Assembly: GCF_963921235.1 (NCBI RefSeq)
Contig: NC_086097.1
Location: 206,896,001 to 206,960,000, forward strand
Source: Mobula hypostoma
Taxonomy: Eukaryota
Direction of reading: 5' to 3'
DNA length: 64,000 nucleotides
Shown: piece by piece, positions 22,086 to 36,609 of the stretch
Layout: each line of letters starts with the position of its first letter
How positions within the stretch are numbered: the stretch's first letter is position 1
The notes under the pieces: generated by a model
Seen by the model: only the letters and a program-made list of their open reading frames with translations
Told to the model about the DNA's origin: nothing
Databases searched by the model: none
Program-made: the position numbers and the translations under genes

Positions 22086-23499
22086 TTGTATCATCACCAT
22101 GGTAACAGCAGCATCCTTACTACCAGCTGAAACACTGTGATCCAGTCCAGACTAAAGAATGAATCTGCAAATTTGCTAATCTATATGACTCACGTACACA
22201 GTTAATACGGAACTGTTAACAAAAGTCATCTTTTAATCATTAAGGTTGTCAATGGGCAGTTCAAGCAGAAGTTACAACTGTGACCATTGAAAGGTTTCGT
22301 GTACGCAGATAAAAGAATGCCCAGGTCCTTTGTGTTTTGCCTTATGCTTCAACTGTTACCACTCAAAGTCAAGGAAGAGGAGGAGAATGGTGGGGTAGGA
22401 CCATGCAAGAGGCTTCCGGATGAATGACCTGTATTTGGGATGGACAGTCACTTGAGAGAAACACAGCACAATAATTAGTTAGTTAGAACTTTACTGTCTT
22501 TGCTCAGGACAACAAGATTGCAGTGCTACTCCACTCAGTGCAAAACAGCCTATTGGCAATTCAATTACTAAAAGCACAATGACTAACTTTAAAATAATGT
22601 CTGAGTTATTTAGAATGACATCTAAGTTACAACTGAATTAAAAACTAAGCAATTCTAAGATTTAAAAAAACAGTAGCTGCCTCATTCAAGTATTGCACCT
22701 GCCCATGTTATAAAATACAACGATTAACTATGGAATAGCATCAAAAGTTAAAGCTGAAATTAAAAATAAACAAAGAACTATGAAAGCAAAGGAAGGTAGT
22801 AGCCCCACTTAAACAGAACTATTGCATCTACCCATGTATTGCACTTAGAGATTGCCTAAGTGCCTAGGAACTATGGGTAGGAGGTGGGGGGAGGTGGCAA
22901 CGTTCAGTTGCTCAACAGCCATGGGGGGAAAGCTGTTTTTCAATCTGAATGTCTTGTATATGTGTCCCAATCTATCTAGTAGTTATGTCCCAATGATGTT
23001 CACATTCGTGCCATTGCAGTGAAGAGTTTGCCTTGTGGGATGTTACAATGGCAGGCATAGGTGCAACTTAAAGAGTTTATATCCTATGGCAAACCCTTCT
23101 GCACAGCACACATAATAGAAAAGAATCACTAATTCCATATCAAATAACCCAGACCTGGGTTTCCAGGCAAACTCTCCACTGCATTGCACGTGTCTGTCAC
23201 GCTTTGTTGAAACTTGACACAGTGAGCTCCTCAACAGACCCCAATGCAGCAGAATCAGGATACAATTTAACCATACAGGAGGCTGGTGAGTATAAAATGT
23301 AGGTAACTGTATTTGAGTAGTGACAAACCATATTTGCTGCCCTTTTAGTACTTGCACTAATAGTTAAACAGATAATCTTCAATTAGTCCAAGAACTCATA
23401 GATAGATTCAGATTTCAGGGAATTTCCTCTTCTTACCAAAATATTTTTTCAGTCCTTTTGACCAAAATAAATACCACTGTACCTTAATTTCATTAATAG

Positions 23500-24030
23500 A
23501 TGAGCAGGTAATACATTTTTAAATAGGTCATTATCTCAGAAGAAGGAGTACACCATAAGGATTGGGATGAGAAGAACTATCTTCACTGAGGGTGCTGAAT
23601 CCACCTTAGATGACTGTGGAGGCTAGACCACTGAGTGCATTCAAATCAGACATTGACAGGTATCCGTATTTTAAGAGAATTGAGGAAGATGGTGATTCAA
23701 CACAAGTGACATTGAGGTGGAAGGTTAGCCATGAACTTAAACTTTAACATTTCAAGCAAGAGCGGAGTCAGAATATAGGAAATTGAAAACTAACTTGCCT
23801 AACATCTCTCACTAGGAAACTGATGGAGTCAATATTAACGCGGTAATAGCAAGACCTTAAGAAAATTGTAAGACTATTAAGCGCGCAAACGCGAGGAAAT
23901 CTGCAGATGCTGGAAATTCAAGCAACACACACAAAATGATTGATTTCATGAGAGTGAACTCATGTTTGACAAATATACTCGAGTTTGTTGAGTATTTAAT
24001 GAACAGGGTAGATAAAAGCAGTTCATGGTT
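23500..24030 (+). mobile_element. Highly degenerate CR1 fragments with a 58-bp Penelope pLTR end at 23880-23937
   Basis: NSCLTNILEFVE..NRVDK (CR1 RT); gcaaacgcgaggaaatctgcagatgctggaaattcaagcaacacacacaaaatg matches the Penelope terminus. Confidence 0.55.
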
Positions 24031-24379
24031 ATACTTAGTGAAGATAAGGTACATCTCTCTCTATCTTCCTCTTATTTTATCCCTCTTCTCACAGCTTGTG
24101 CATCCACACGACAATCTGTTCTCTCATGTGACGGTAATATTGCACATGTTCACCAATTTCTGGATATATGAGCCACAAATTGTCTTTATTCACCTGCCAC
24201 ATGTCTGCCCTGTAAATGTAGTTAGATTTGGGCACATGACTGCAGATAGGATTACTATGTTCAGAAAGCTGGGAGTGAGTTTTCTGAAACTGTTATAGTC
24301 AGGAACAACAATGTATTGGAAGATAACAATGAAAATAATCCTAAAAGAACAGCAAGAATTACAGACCAATAATTTTCAA

Positions 24380-26016
24380 CAGACAACTGACAATAGGTGC
24401 AGGAGTAGGCCATTCGGACCTTTGAGCCAGCATCGCCATTCACTGTGATCATGGCTGATCATCCACAATCAGTACCCCGTTCCTGCTTTCCCCCCATATC
24501 CCCTGACTCCACTATCTTTAAGAGCTCTGTCTAACTCTTTCTTGAAAGCATCCAGAGAATTGGCCTCCACTGCCTTCTGAGGCAGAGCATTCCACAGATC
24601 CACAGCTCTCTGGGTGAAAAAGTTTTTCCTCAACTCCGTTCTATATAAGCCTACCCCTTATTCTTAAACTGTGGCCTCTGGTTCTGGACTCCCTCAACAT
24701 CGGGAACATGTTTCCTGCCTCTAGTGTGTCCAATCCCTTAATAATCTTATATGTTTCAATCAGATCCCCTCTCATCCTTCTAAATTCCAGTGTATACAAA
24801 CCCAGTCGCTCCAGTCTTTAAACATATGACAGTCCCGCCATCCCAGGAATTAACCTTGTGAACCTACACTGCACTGCCTCAATAGCAAGAATGTCCTTCC
24901 TCAAATTTGGAGACCAAAACTGCACACAATTCTCCAGGTGTGATCTCACCAGGGCCCTGTACAACTGCAGAAGGACCTCTTTGCTCCTATACTCAACTTC
25001 CCTTGTTATGAAGGCCAACGTGCCGTAAGCTTTCTTCACTGCCTGCTGTATCTACATGTTTACTTTCAGTGACTGATGAACAAGGACACCTAGATCTCAT
25101 TGTACTTCCCCTTTTCCTAACTTGACACCATTCAGATAGTAATCTGCCTTCCTGTTCTTGCCACCAAAGTGGATAAGCTCACATTTATCCAGATTAAACT
25201 GCATCTGCCATGCATCGGCCCACTCACACAACCCGTCCAAGTCATCTTGCATTCTCATAACATCGTCCACACATTTCACACTGCCACCAAGCTTTGTGTC
25301 ATCTGCAAATTTGCTAATGTTACTTTTAATCCCTTCATCAAAATTATTAATGGATATTGTAAATAACTGCGGTCCCAGCACTGAGCCTTGCGGTACCCCA
25401 CTAGTCACTGCCTGCCATTCTGAAAGGGACCCGTTAATCCCTACCCTTTGTTTCCTGTCTGCCAACCAGTTTTCTATCCATGTCAGCACCCTCCCCCCAA
25501 TACCATGTGCTCCAATTTTGCCCACTAATCTCCTATGTGGGACCTTATCAAAGGCTTTCTGAAAGTCCAGGTACACTACATCCATTGGCTCTCCCTTATC
25601 CATTTTCATAGTTACATCCTCAAAAAATTCCAGATTAGTCAAGCATGATTTCCCCTTTGTAAATCCATGCTGACTTGGACCAATCCTGTTACTGCTATCC
25701 AAATGTGCCGCTATTTCATCTTTTATAATTGACTTCAGCATCTTCCCCACCACTGATGTCAGGCTAACTGGTCTATAATTCCCTGTTTTCTCTCTCCCTC
25801 TTTTCTGAAGAAGTGGGATAACATTAGCTACCTTCCAATCCACAGGAACTGATCCTGAATCTACAGAACATTGGAAAATGATTACCAATGCATCCACGAT
25901 TTCTATAGCCACCTCCTTAAGTACCCTGGGATGCAGACCATCAGGTCCTGAGGATTTATCAGCCTTCAATCCCATCAGTCTATCCAACACCATTTTCTGC
26001 ATAATGTGAATTTCCT
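24380..26016 (-). mobile_element. CR1 LINE, 5'-truncated, related to 493-3427
   Basis: ORFs 25097-26002 (RT) and 24818-25039; 3'UTR stem-loop. Confidence 0.93.
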
Positions 26017-26315
26017 AATGTGAGGGGCATTCATATTAATGAATTGTGTTGGTGAGTATGCAACACTAACTGGTCATTATGTGTTTCTGATGGGTGAAGA
26101 TTTGTGCTGGAAGCAAGCATAGGTTTTTAAATTTCCCCATAACTGTGATACATATGAGATGTTATGCAAGAGAAAAGCTCCATACCAAATATTGCACATC
26201 AGTCGCATTAACATCAACAATTGCAAAAAACATTTAAATAAGCTCAAGTTCAAACAATAACTTAAATTCCTCTCTACATCAAGCAGCAATCTTGAAGTTT
26301 CTTCAGCATTTGTCT

Positions 26316-26454
26316 GTTTTTTTTTCATGAGGCTGAGTTGCTAGCTTGATGTTCAACCCAGCAGAGGTGGAAGGCATGTAAGCAATCAGCCGGATTTGAT
26401 CCTGAGACCACTCTCCTCGAAGTCCAGTGCTGATACCGCTACACCACCAGTGGC
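26316..26454 (-). mobile_element. tRNA-derived SINE fragment
   Basis: Minus strand gccactggtggtgtagcggtatcagcactggacttcgagg..ggatcaaatcc (A and B boxes), A-rich end; homologous to 38510-38659. Confidence 0.65.
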
Positions 26455-27474
26455 ATATAGTTTTCAAGTTCAAATTCAAGTTTATTGACAGTACATGCAG
26501 TAGATGCAGCTAAGCGAAGCAACATTCATCCAGAAACAAATGTATTTATAGATTTGCCAGTAAATAACTTGAGGAAGCCATTTTCTAAAGTACTCTAAAC
26601 AGTGTGATTAAAATTCCTCAGGGGAGGACCCATGCACAAAGGAAATAAGCTATAACCACTATAATGGAAACCTAACATTGCTGCCTCAATTCCAGCTGAA
26701 ATCCTGGGAGTGAAGAATTATAATCACAGCTTTATCTCAGGAAGTCTATGTACAAAATAAAATCACCATCATCCTGAATGCTCAATATGTCATCAGTTGT
26801 TGCTGAAGGAAAGCTATTTCCTATTACAAAATAACTTAAAGCTGTACGTGTTGACTCAGGAAACAGAGAAATTCATACCCCTGATTAAAAATTGATGCAA
26901 AATATAACTGTCATTGCTAGCTTATATTTAGAGCCTCTTTTCTTTCAACAAGTTTGGTGCTTTATATTGCTATGTTGACAGTCTGCTTGTGTGCTAAAGA
27001 ACACTGTGTAGGTGGCATTAGTCAATCACTAGAAACCAATTGCTTCTGTTAATAGAATGCATTGAAAAACAAGACACCCATGAGTGCACAAATCATTCAA
27101 TTTAAACTAATTATCGCCTTCATAATTAGCTGATCATATTAGGATGTTTTCCTATTTCACATCACATGAAAACATCAATAAACAGTGCCATCATTTACAG
27201 GCAATCGGCCAGCCAATTTACAAAAATAATTCTTCTGCTCAGCCAATGGAACTCCATTTAAATAGTTAAAAATGAAAGCCATTCTTTTAAAAAGCAATTA
27301 TAGCAAGTAAATAAGAACTTTACACCTAAGACCATTTACTTCCAGAGTTGAAAAAGCCAACGTCCAATATAAATGAAAATGAAAATCTCCTGGAAGTTAA
27401 ACCTATGTGAATGTTAATGATTTGAAATATTTTTTAAAATGTTGAGAATGTATCAATTGGTAAAAAGCAAGTAG

Positions 27475-28075
27475 ATAATGTAGAGGCTTTATAAGACACT
27501 GGTCAGGCCACACCTGGAGTAACATTAACAGTTTTGGGCCCTTTACCTTAGAAAAGATGTATTGTCGTTGGAGACAGTCCAAATGAAGTTCACAAGGATG
27601 ATTCCAGGAATGAGAGGGTTATCATATGAGGAGCATTTGGCAGCTTTGGGCCAGTACTCACTAAAACTTAGAAGAACGTGAGGGGATTTCATTGAAACCT
27701 ACTAAATGTTGAAAGGACTAGATAGGATAGAGTGGATGTGGGGAGGATGTTTTCTAGGTGGTGGATCCCGATCTAGAGGGTACCGCCTCAAAATCGAGGG
27801 GCAACCTTTTAGAACAGAGGTAAGGAGGGTTTTTTTTAGCCAGAGAGTAGTGAATCTGTGGAATGCTATGGCACAGACTGCAGTGGAGGTCAAGTCTGTG
27901 GGTATATTTAAGCCGGAAGTTGATATTTCCTGATCAGTCAGGGCATCAAAGGATATGGCGAGAACGTAGGTGTATGGGGTCGAGTGGGATCCAGGATCGG
28001 CCATGATGGAATGGCAGAGCAGACTCGATGGGCTGAATGGCCTAATTCTGCTCCTATGTCTTATGGTCTTATGGT
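27475..28075 (+). mobile_element. CR1 3' fragment with (TCTTATGG)n tail
   Basis: LYKTLVRPHLE, RGYRLKIEGQPFRTEVRRVFFSQRVVNLWN, then 3'UTR. Confidence 0.88.
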
Positions 28076-28245
28076 AATGAAAAGGCAAGGTAACATTTCA
28101 GAAGAGATTTGATGCAGGGGAGTCTCAAATGTTAACCATTTGCTCACTGCTGCTGTTTGATTCATTCTTTATTTCTAGACATTTTTTCTTTTATTATGAG
28201 TTTTCCCTCACACGTTAAATATTTGGCTTGGGAGGAATGGATAAT

Positions 28246-28825
28246 CATAGTCATAGTCATACTTTATTGATCCCGGGGGAAATTGGTTTTTGTTACAGTT
28301 GCACCATAAATAATAAATAGTAATAGAACCATAAATAGTTAAATAGTAATATGTAAATTATGCCAGTAAATTATGAAATAAGTCCATGGCCAGCCTATCG
28401 GCACAGGGTGTCTGACCCTCCAAGGGAGGAGTTGTAAAGTTTGATGGCCACAGGCAGGAATGACTTCCTATGACGCTCGGTGCTGCATCTTGGAGGAATG
28501 AGTCTCTGGCTGAATGTACTCCTGTGCCCACCCAGTACATTATGCAGTGGATGGGAGACATTGACCAAGATGGCATGCAACTTAGACAGCATCCTCTTTT
28601 CAGACACCACCGTGAGAGAGTCCAGTTCCATCCCCACAACATCACTGGCCTTACGAATGAGTTTGTTGATTCTGCTGGTGTCTGCTACCCTCAGCCTGCT
28701 GCCCCAGTACACAACAGCAAACATGATAGCACTGGCCACCACAGACTCGTAGAACATCCTCAGCATCGTCCGACAGATGTTAAAGGACCTCAGTCTCCTC
28801 AGGGAATAGAGACGGCTCTGACCTG
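28246..28825 (-). mobile_element. Rex1/Babar-like LINE 3' fragment with (ACTATG)n tail
   Basis: ORF 28395-28856 GQSRLYSLRRLRSFNICRTMLRMFYESVVASAI..RCSTERHRKSFLPVAIKLYN. Confidence 0.85.
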
Positions 28826-28877
28826 TCTTTGAATTGTCTTTCACCTCTAATCTCACAAATGTTCACTGACTCCTCAA

Positions 28878-31800
28878 CATAGAACGATAGAACATTACAG
28901 CACAGAAATAGGCCTTTTCGCCCTTCTTTGCTGTGCCGAACCATTTTTCTGCCTAGTCCCACTGACCTGCACCTGGACCATATCCCTCCATACACCTCTC
29001 ATCCATGTACCTGTCCAAATTTTTCTTAAATGTTAAAAGTGAGCCCGCATTTACCACTTTATCTGGCAGCTCATTCACACTCCCACCACTCTCTGTGTGA
29101 AGAAGCTCCCCCCAATGTTCCCTTTAAACTTTTCCCCCTTCACCCTTAACCCATGTCCTCTGGTTTTTTTCTCCCCTTGCCTCAGTGGAAGAAGCCTGCT
29201 TGCATTCACTCTATCTATATCCATCATAATTTTATATACCTCTATCAAATCTCCCCTCATTCTTCTATGCTCCAGGGAATAAAGTCCTAACCTATTCAAC
29301 CTTTCTCTGTAACTCTGTTTCTCAAGTCTCAGCAACATCCTTGTAAACCTTTTCTGCACTCTTTCAACTGTATTAATATCCTTCCTGTAATTTGATGACC
29401 AAAACTGCACGCAATACTCCAAATTCGGCCTCACCAATACCTTATATAACTTCACCATAACATTCCAACTCTTATACTCAATACTTTGATTTATAAAGGC
29501 CAATGTACCAAAAGCTCTCTTTATGACCCTATCTATCTGTGATGCCACTTTTAGGGAATTTTGTGTCTGTATTCCCAGATCCTTTTGTTCTACTGCACTC
29601 CTCAGTGCCCTACCATTTACCTTGTATGTTCTACCTTGGTTTGTCCTTCCAAAGTGCAATACCTCACACTTGTCTGTATGAAACTCCATCTGCCACTTTT
29701 CAGCCCATTTTTCGAGCTGGTCCAAATCCCTCTGCAAGCTTTGAAAACCTTCCTCACTATCCACTACACCTCCAATCTTTGTATCATCAGCAAATTTGCT
29801 GATCCAACTTACCACATAATCATCCGGATCATTGATATAGATGACAAATAACAATGGACCCAGCACTGATCCCTGTGGCACACCACTAGACACAGGCCTC
29901 CACTCAGAGAAGCAATCTCCCACTACCACTCTCTGGCTTCTTCCATTGAGCCAATGTCTAATCCAATTTACCACCTCTTCATGTATACCTAGCACTGAAT
30001 CTTCCTAACTAAACCTCCCATGTCAAAGGCCTTACTGAAGTCCATGTAGACAACATCCACTGCCTTCCCTTCATCCACTTTCCTGGTAACCTCCTCGAAA
30101 AACTCTAATAGATTTGTTAAACATGACCTACCATGCACAAAGCCATGTTGACTCTCCCTCATAAGTCCCTGGTTACCCAAGTACTTGTAGATCCTATCTC
30201 TTAGTACTCCTTCCAATAATTTACTTACTACCGATGTCAAACTTACCGGCCTATAATTTCCCAGATTACTTTTAGAGCTTTTTTTAAACAACGGAACAAC
30301 TTGAGCTATCCTCCAATCCTCCGGCACCTCACCCGTAGATACCAACATTTTAAATATATCTGTCAGGGCCCCTGCAATTCCAACACCCGTCTCCTTCAAG
30401 GTCCAAGGGAATACCCTGTCAGGTCCTGGGGATTTATCTACTCTGATTTGCCTCAAGATAGTAAGCACCTCCTCCTCTTCAATCTGTATAGGTTCCATGA
30501 CCTCACTACTTGTTTGCCTTATTTCCATTGACTCCATGCTGGTTTTCTTAGTAAATACAGATGCCAAAAAAACATCTAAGATCTCCCCCATTTTTTTTGG
30601 TTCCATACATAGCCGACCACTCTGATCTTCAAGAGGACCAATTTTATCCCTTACAATCCTTTTGCTTTTAATATATCTGTAAAAGCTCTTGGATTATCCT
30701 TCACCTTGACTGCCAAAGCAACCTCATGTCTTCTTTTAGCCCTCCTGATTTCTTTCTTAAGTATTTTTGTGCACTTTTTACACTCCTCAAGCACCTTATT
30801 TGTTCCCTGTTTCCTATACCTGTCATACATCTCTCTATTCTTCTTTATCAGTGTTCCAATATACCTTGAGAACCAAGGTTCCTTATTCTTATTCACTTTG
30901 CCTTTAATCCTGACAGGAACATACAAACTCTGCACTCTCAAAATTTCTCCTTTGAAGGCTTTCCACTTACCAATCACATCCTTGCCAGAGAACAACCTGT
31001 TCCAATCCATGCTTCTTAGATCCTTTCTCATTTCTTCAGATTTGCCCTTTTTCCAGTTTAGAACCTCAACCCGAGGACCAGATCTATCTTTATCCATGAT
31101 CAAGTTGAAACTAATGGTGTTATGATCACTGGAACCAAAGTGTTCCCCTACACACACTTCCGTCACCTGTCCTAACTCGTTTCCTAATAGGAGATCTAAT
31201 ATTGCATTCTCTCTAGTTGGTACCTCTATATATTTATTTAGAAAACTTTCCTAAACACATTTTACAAACTCTAACCTGTCTAGGTCTTTAACAGTATGGG
31301 AGTCCAAATCAATATGTGGAAAATTAAAATCCCGTACTATCACAACTTTATGTTTCCTGCAGTTGTCTGCTATCTCTCTCCAGATATGCTCCTCCAATTC
31401 TCGCTGACTAATGGGTAGTCTATAATACAACCCCATTAATGTGGTCATACCTTTCCTGTTTTTCAGCTCCACCCATATGGCCTCAGTAGACAAGCCTTTT
31501 AATCTGTCCTGTCTGAACACTGCCACCACCCCCCCCCCCACCCTTCATTCCTCTGCCTCTAACACGCCTGAAACATCGGAACCCTGGAACATTAAGTTGC
31601 CAGTCCTGCCCCTCCTGTAGCTAAGTTTCACTAATGGCTATAATATCGTAATTCCATGTGTCAATCCATGCCCTCAGCTCATCGGCCTTCCCCGCAATAC
31701 TCCTTGCATTGAAATAAACACACCTCAGAAGATTATTACCACCACACACAGCCCTTCTATTTGTGACTTTGCATGAGCTTTTAACATCATTTCGTTTCAC

Positions 31801-32990
31801 CCCCACTCCACTATCTGTTCTGGCCCTCTGATTCCCATTCCCCTGCAAATCTAGTTTAAACCCTCCCCAACAGCACTAACAAACCTCCCTGCAAGGATAT
31901 TGGTCCCCTTGTAGTTCAGGTGTAACCCGTCTCTCTTGTACAGGTCCCACCTGCCCCAGAAGAGGTCCCAATAATCTTGAAATCTGAAACCCTACCCCCT
32001 ACACCAGTTCCTCAGCCATGTGTTCATCCACCAGAGCATCCTATTTTAACCCTCACTGGCACGTGGCACAGGTAGCAATCCTGAAATTACCGCCCTCGAG
32101 GTCCTGCTTTTTAACTTCCTACCGAGCTCTCCATACTCTCTCTTCAGGACCTCTTCACTCTTTCTTCCTACGTCATTGGTATCATTTTGTACCATGACAT
32201 CTGGCTGATCACCCTCCCACTTCAGAATGCTGTGCACACAATCAGAGACATCCCTGACCCTGGCACCTGGGAGGCAACAAAGCATCCGGGAGTCTCTGTC
32301 ATGACCACAGAACCTCCTTTCTGTACCTCTAACTATCGAGTCCCCTACCCTCTCTCTCTGGGACTGCTCCCCTCTTCTTCCACCCTCCCTTCTGCACTGC
32401 AGAACCAGACTCAGTGCCAGAGATCCGGCTGCTGCAGCTTGTCCCAGGTAAGTCATTCCCCCCCCCAACAGTATCCAAATCCGTATACTTGTTGTTAAGG
32501 AATATGGCCACAGGGGAACCCTGCTCTGCCTGCCCTTTCCCCTTCCCTCACCTGACAGTAACCCAATTAGCTGTGCACTGCTCCTTTGGTGTAACTGCCC
32601 CCCTGAAACTACTATCTATAATCTCCTCATTCTCCCGAATGATTCGGAGGTCATCCAGCTCCTGCTTCAGTTCCCTAACGCGGTTTGTTAGGAGCTGCAG
32701 CTGGATGCACTTCTTGCAGGTGTCATTGTCAAGTCTCCCTGACTTCCCACATCCTGCAAGAGGAGCATTCCAACATCCTGCCTGGCATTCTCTCTACTCT
32801 AAACAAACAAAACAAAACTTACCGGAACCTACCCTCGCCTCTGCCTGTTCACGCCGAAGCCTGTTGAGCCAAAGCCATCCCACTCTGCTCCTTCTCACTC
32901 TGCTGCCCGCTGTATATGGTGGTCTTTTTTTAAAGCTTTGGCGCTCTACGTCACGCGCCTGCGCAGTTTAGTCTCTTTTCCCCCAGCAGT
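28878..32990 (-). mobile_element. Near full-length CR1 LINE: 5'UTR, ORF1 (Zn finger, coiled coil, SGNH esterase) and disrupted ORF2
   Basis: ORF1 from about 32788 (MLECSSCRMWEV..CKKCIQLQLL..VGDSIVRGTERRFCG). ORF2 pieces 31621-31848, 31251-31541, 30651-31166, 29989-30606, 29075-29995. Tail ttctatcgttctatg. Confidence 0.93.
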
Positions 32991-34419
32991 GTAAAAAAAA
33001 GACTTCTCTCTGAGATTCTTACTCCTTCACTCTCAACCCCCTCCTCCGATTTCAAACATATAAAACAGGGTACAATTTTCCCTTTCAGCAGAATTGGGGA
33101 CAGTATTGTATATGGACTAAGGGATCAGTCGGGGCATGTACTGTACAGTACTCAGCGTTGAGGGAGTTCAGATCAATCAGGACCTGAACTGTTACCAAGA
33201 GTGAAGGGAGTATATTTTTACTTCTTCAGTGTTGGGGATTATGAGTATCAATGGCAATACCATCTGATCTAATCCATTAGTTATGACGTGAAAGTTCTGA
33301 CTCTTGCATGCAGTTTTCAGTTGTCTGATTTAAATCAGGTTTCTGCATTAGTTGAGAGTGGAGATTACTGGATTAGTTCAGGCTGTGTCTGTGCTCAGGT
33401 GAGGAGAGTCTGGAGTAATCAAGGCCTGATGAGGTACATTGGCGAGGCCTTGATTGCAGGGGTTAATTGGTTGGGATGAGTGGATCGAGGAAGCTTTGAG
33501 AATATGGATGATCAAAAAGATCGCAGTAGAGTGGAGAATTAAGGGTTGAAAAGATAAATTGGTGAATGTGAATTATAGGCTTTAGAAAGCACTGGGAGCG
33601 GCACTGTGGGTTGCGTACTTAATATTTAATGAAGATCCAGTTGCCCTAGGGGTTTCTAAAGATGTTTGCTGGTCAGTCTCAGGAAATCTAATTTCTATGC
33701 GATGTAGCAGAATGATTATTGTGAGAGGAATGACTTTACCATTGGCTTGACTAACATGGAACTCGTATTGGGTATCTAAAGACTGGTATATATGAGAAAG
33801 TGTAAGGTTCAATTTCCAGTAAGAAAACAATAAGCACATTGAAATATGGGTTGTGTTTTAATTCAGAAAAAAAATCAGTCGCATAAAGTTGAAAAGAAGG
33901 TGTTATATAATCAAACTTCAAGGCCAAAACAATAACATATACAACCTTCATTTTATTGTACTCAGTATCTACACTGAATTAATTCCTTAATTCCATTAGA
34001 AACAAATTATACCTACCTCTGCATCTTATAATAAGATTTTGCTAATGAGAGGACAGGATAATCCAGCTCCTGTAATTCTTTCAATTATCTACATTAATAA
34101 TATCAATATGGTGCAATTGGAATAAAACTGAGAAGTCCTGCCATATTAGGTACAAGATGAAAGGTGACATAATACATTCAAATATCTAATTTTAGCATCA
34201 GAAAAATAGAGATCTTATTTGGCATATATTAAGTTATGACTTGATGGTTTTTCACCAACATGAATTAATTTAGGACAGCATAAGATTCCCTGAATTTGAA
34301 GCCACCAATGATGTCCCTCACTTGTAAACACAAAATAATCTGCAGATGCTGTTGTCAAAGGAACACTCATAATGCACTGGAGGAACTCAGCAGGTCAGTC
34401 AGCATCAGTTGAAAAGATG

Positions 34420-34455
34420 AGTTGACGTTTCGGGTCGAAACCCTTCGTCAGGACT
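34420..34455 (-). ncRNA. Minimal hammerhead ribozyme
   Basis: agtc-CTGACGA-agggtttcgaccc-GAAAC-GTC-aact; core intact, one stem I mismatch. Confidence 0.65.
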
Positions 34456-35191
34456 GAAGGAAGAACTTTGGGGAGGGTTTGAAGAATGCTGGTAGTTGAA
34501 AAAAGCAGTAATTGGAAAGACAAAGGGGTGGGGGAGGGGAAGCAGAGAGGTGATTGGTAGGAGAAAAATGCGCAGTAGTAGAAGGAGGCGGAACTATGAG
34601 GGAGGTGATGTGAAATAGGGATAGAGGAAGGGAGGGGGAGGGAATTACCGGAAGTTGGAGAATTCTATGTTCATACCAAGGGGCTGGAGACTACCTAGAT
34701 GGTATATGAGGTGTTGCTCCTCCAACCTGAGTTTAGCCTCATCATGGCAGTAGAGGAGGCCATGTATGGACATATCTGAATGGGAATGGAAAGCAGAGTT
34801 GAAGTGGGTGGCTACCGGGCCATGTATGGACATACCCACTTCAACTCTGCTTCCCATTCCCATTCAGATATGTCCATACATAGCCTGGTAGCCACCCTTT
34901 CATCTCTGCTTCCCACTCTCATTCAGATATGTCCATACATGGCCTCCTCTACTGCGATGATGAGGCTAAATTCAGGTTGGAGTAGCAACACCTCATATAC
35001 CGTCTAGGTAGTCTACAGCCCCTTGGTATGAACATAGAATTCTCCAACTTCCGGTAATTCCCTCCCCCTCCCTTCCTCTATCCCTATTTCACATCACCTC
35101 CCTGCTTCCTCTCTCCCACCCCTTTGTCTTTCAAATTACTGTTTTTTTCAGCTACCAGCATTCTTCAAATCCTCCCCAAAGTTCTTCCTTC

Positions 35192-35227
35192 AGTCCTGAT
35201 GAAGGGTTTCGGCCCGAAAAGTCCACT
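35192..35227 (+). ncRNA. Hammerhead ribozyme, degenerate copy
   Basis: agtc-CTGATGA-agggtttcggccc-GAAAA-GTC-cact; stem III and stem I mutated. Confidence 0.5.
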
Positions 35228-36609
35228 AATCTTTTCAACTGATGCTGACTGACCTGCTGAGTTCCTCCAGCGCATTGTGAGTGTCCCACAATTATCGATG
35301 CCACACAAAAGACAAACAGTGGTATTATAGCAAGTTCTTGGATTTTCACTATCTAACCATTCCAAAATATCTCCATGTCACTTTTCATAGTTTTTGTGCC
35401 TTTATCTTTTTCCAGAAACCATCTCCTAATCAAGGGTTTGATTGGTGCCTGACTTTGGTGTTTGAATGATTTGCTTCCAAGGCTTCAACATTTTCTGGGT
35501 CCGGTAGAATGTCTGAAACACATAATCTATCGGATAAGTGGAAAGCTGGTGATTTACATGTATTTTTTGTCATTGGGTACACAGAAATGTTTCCAAAGTC
35601 AGTCGTGTTTCAGATCAATGTTAATATAGTTGTTTTTCTCTTTCTTGAATGAGGTCTTAAAGCTTCTTATGCCCCAGAGGCCTTCTCGTGTTTGAAGATG
35701 TTGATTTATTGGTAAATGAAAGCTGTTCATTTGTTATATCACTATCGCTTCTTACACATTACAGATGGTTGAACTTGGTTATGAAGCAACATAATCAAAT
35801 CCCTGTAACTACCTGTGGTGTACTTCAATTCACAAAACAGATAACAAATTTCCAACTACTCTATTAAGCTCACCCCACACATCTTCTTTCACAGTTGCTC
35901 TGTTAAAAAAATTCTAAGAATAATCTGTCACTTTGATTAATCCCCTCTATTCATCTCAGAGATAAGTGATATCCTCTTCTTATTAGAACAAGGAAACCCT
36001 GTTCACTCAATGCCCAAAGTTTCCTACACATCTCTGAAGGCTAACTCGATCAATGCGAGGGTAACTCCAGTCTTTTTTTTTGTATGGATTACAAGTTGTG
36101 GAAGCAATCAAATCAACTTCTGTCAGTCTTCATTTTGCAATTTTTATAGGGTAAATTGTTCTGCAGGTTATTTTCACTGAGAATTATGAGCAATTTGGAA
36201 GTGGGGACTAAAATTACATTTCAGCTGTTACTTCCGATGATGAAACAAAATACAATATTTGTTGAAAACTGCAAATATAGTTACTACTTTGTATTATTTT
36301 TAGATTCTAAATTTAAGGTGGTTGATCTTCTGTAGATGGGGAATAAGATACAGAGTATTTTGCAGTCTGAATCCTTGATGTTTGAACATCCAAAACTGGA
36401 AGTAGAGTAAGGCAGTGTCAGGACCAAACAAAACTGCTGAAAAGTTGGATTATTACTCAGTATCATAAATGCACATTGCATGCATAATTAGTATTAGCCA
36501 GTAAACTGGGTAACAAGATAGCACTTGTCTTACTCATATGCTGAAATTACATAGTATATGTTACATATGCACTGTACGCATATAAGATCATGAGTCACAA
36601 TCTTCTTTA

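Larger units (their letters stand above)
34326..35281. mobile_element. Penelope-like hairpin insertion (two inverted 3' ends)
   Basis: About 34365-34816 is the reverse complement of about 34887-35283; each arm has the GIY-YIG C-terminus (LRLEEQHLIY.LGSLQPLGMNIEFSNFR) and a hammerhead. Degenerate 14-bp TSD tgtccctcacttgt/tgtcccacaattat. Confidence 0.9.
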
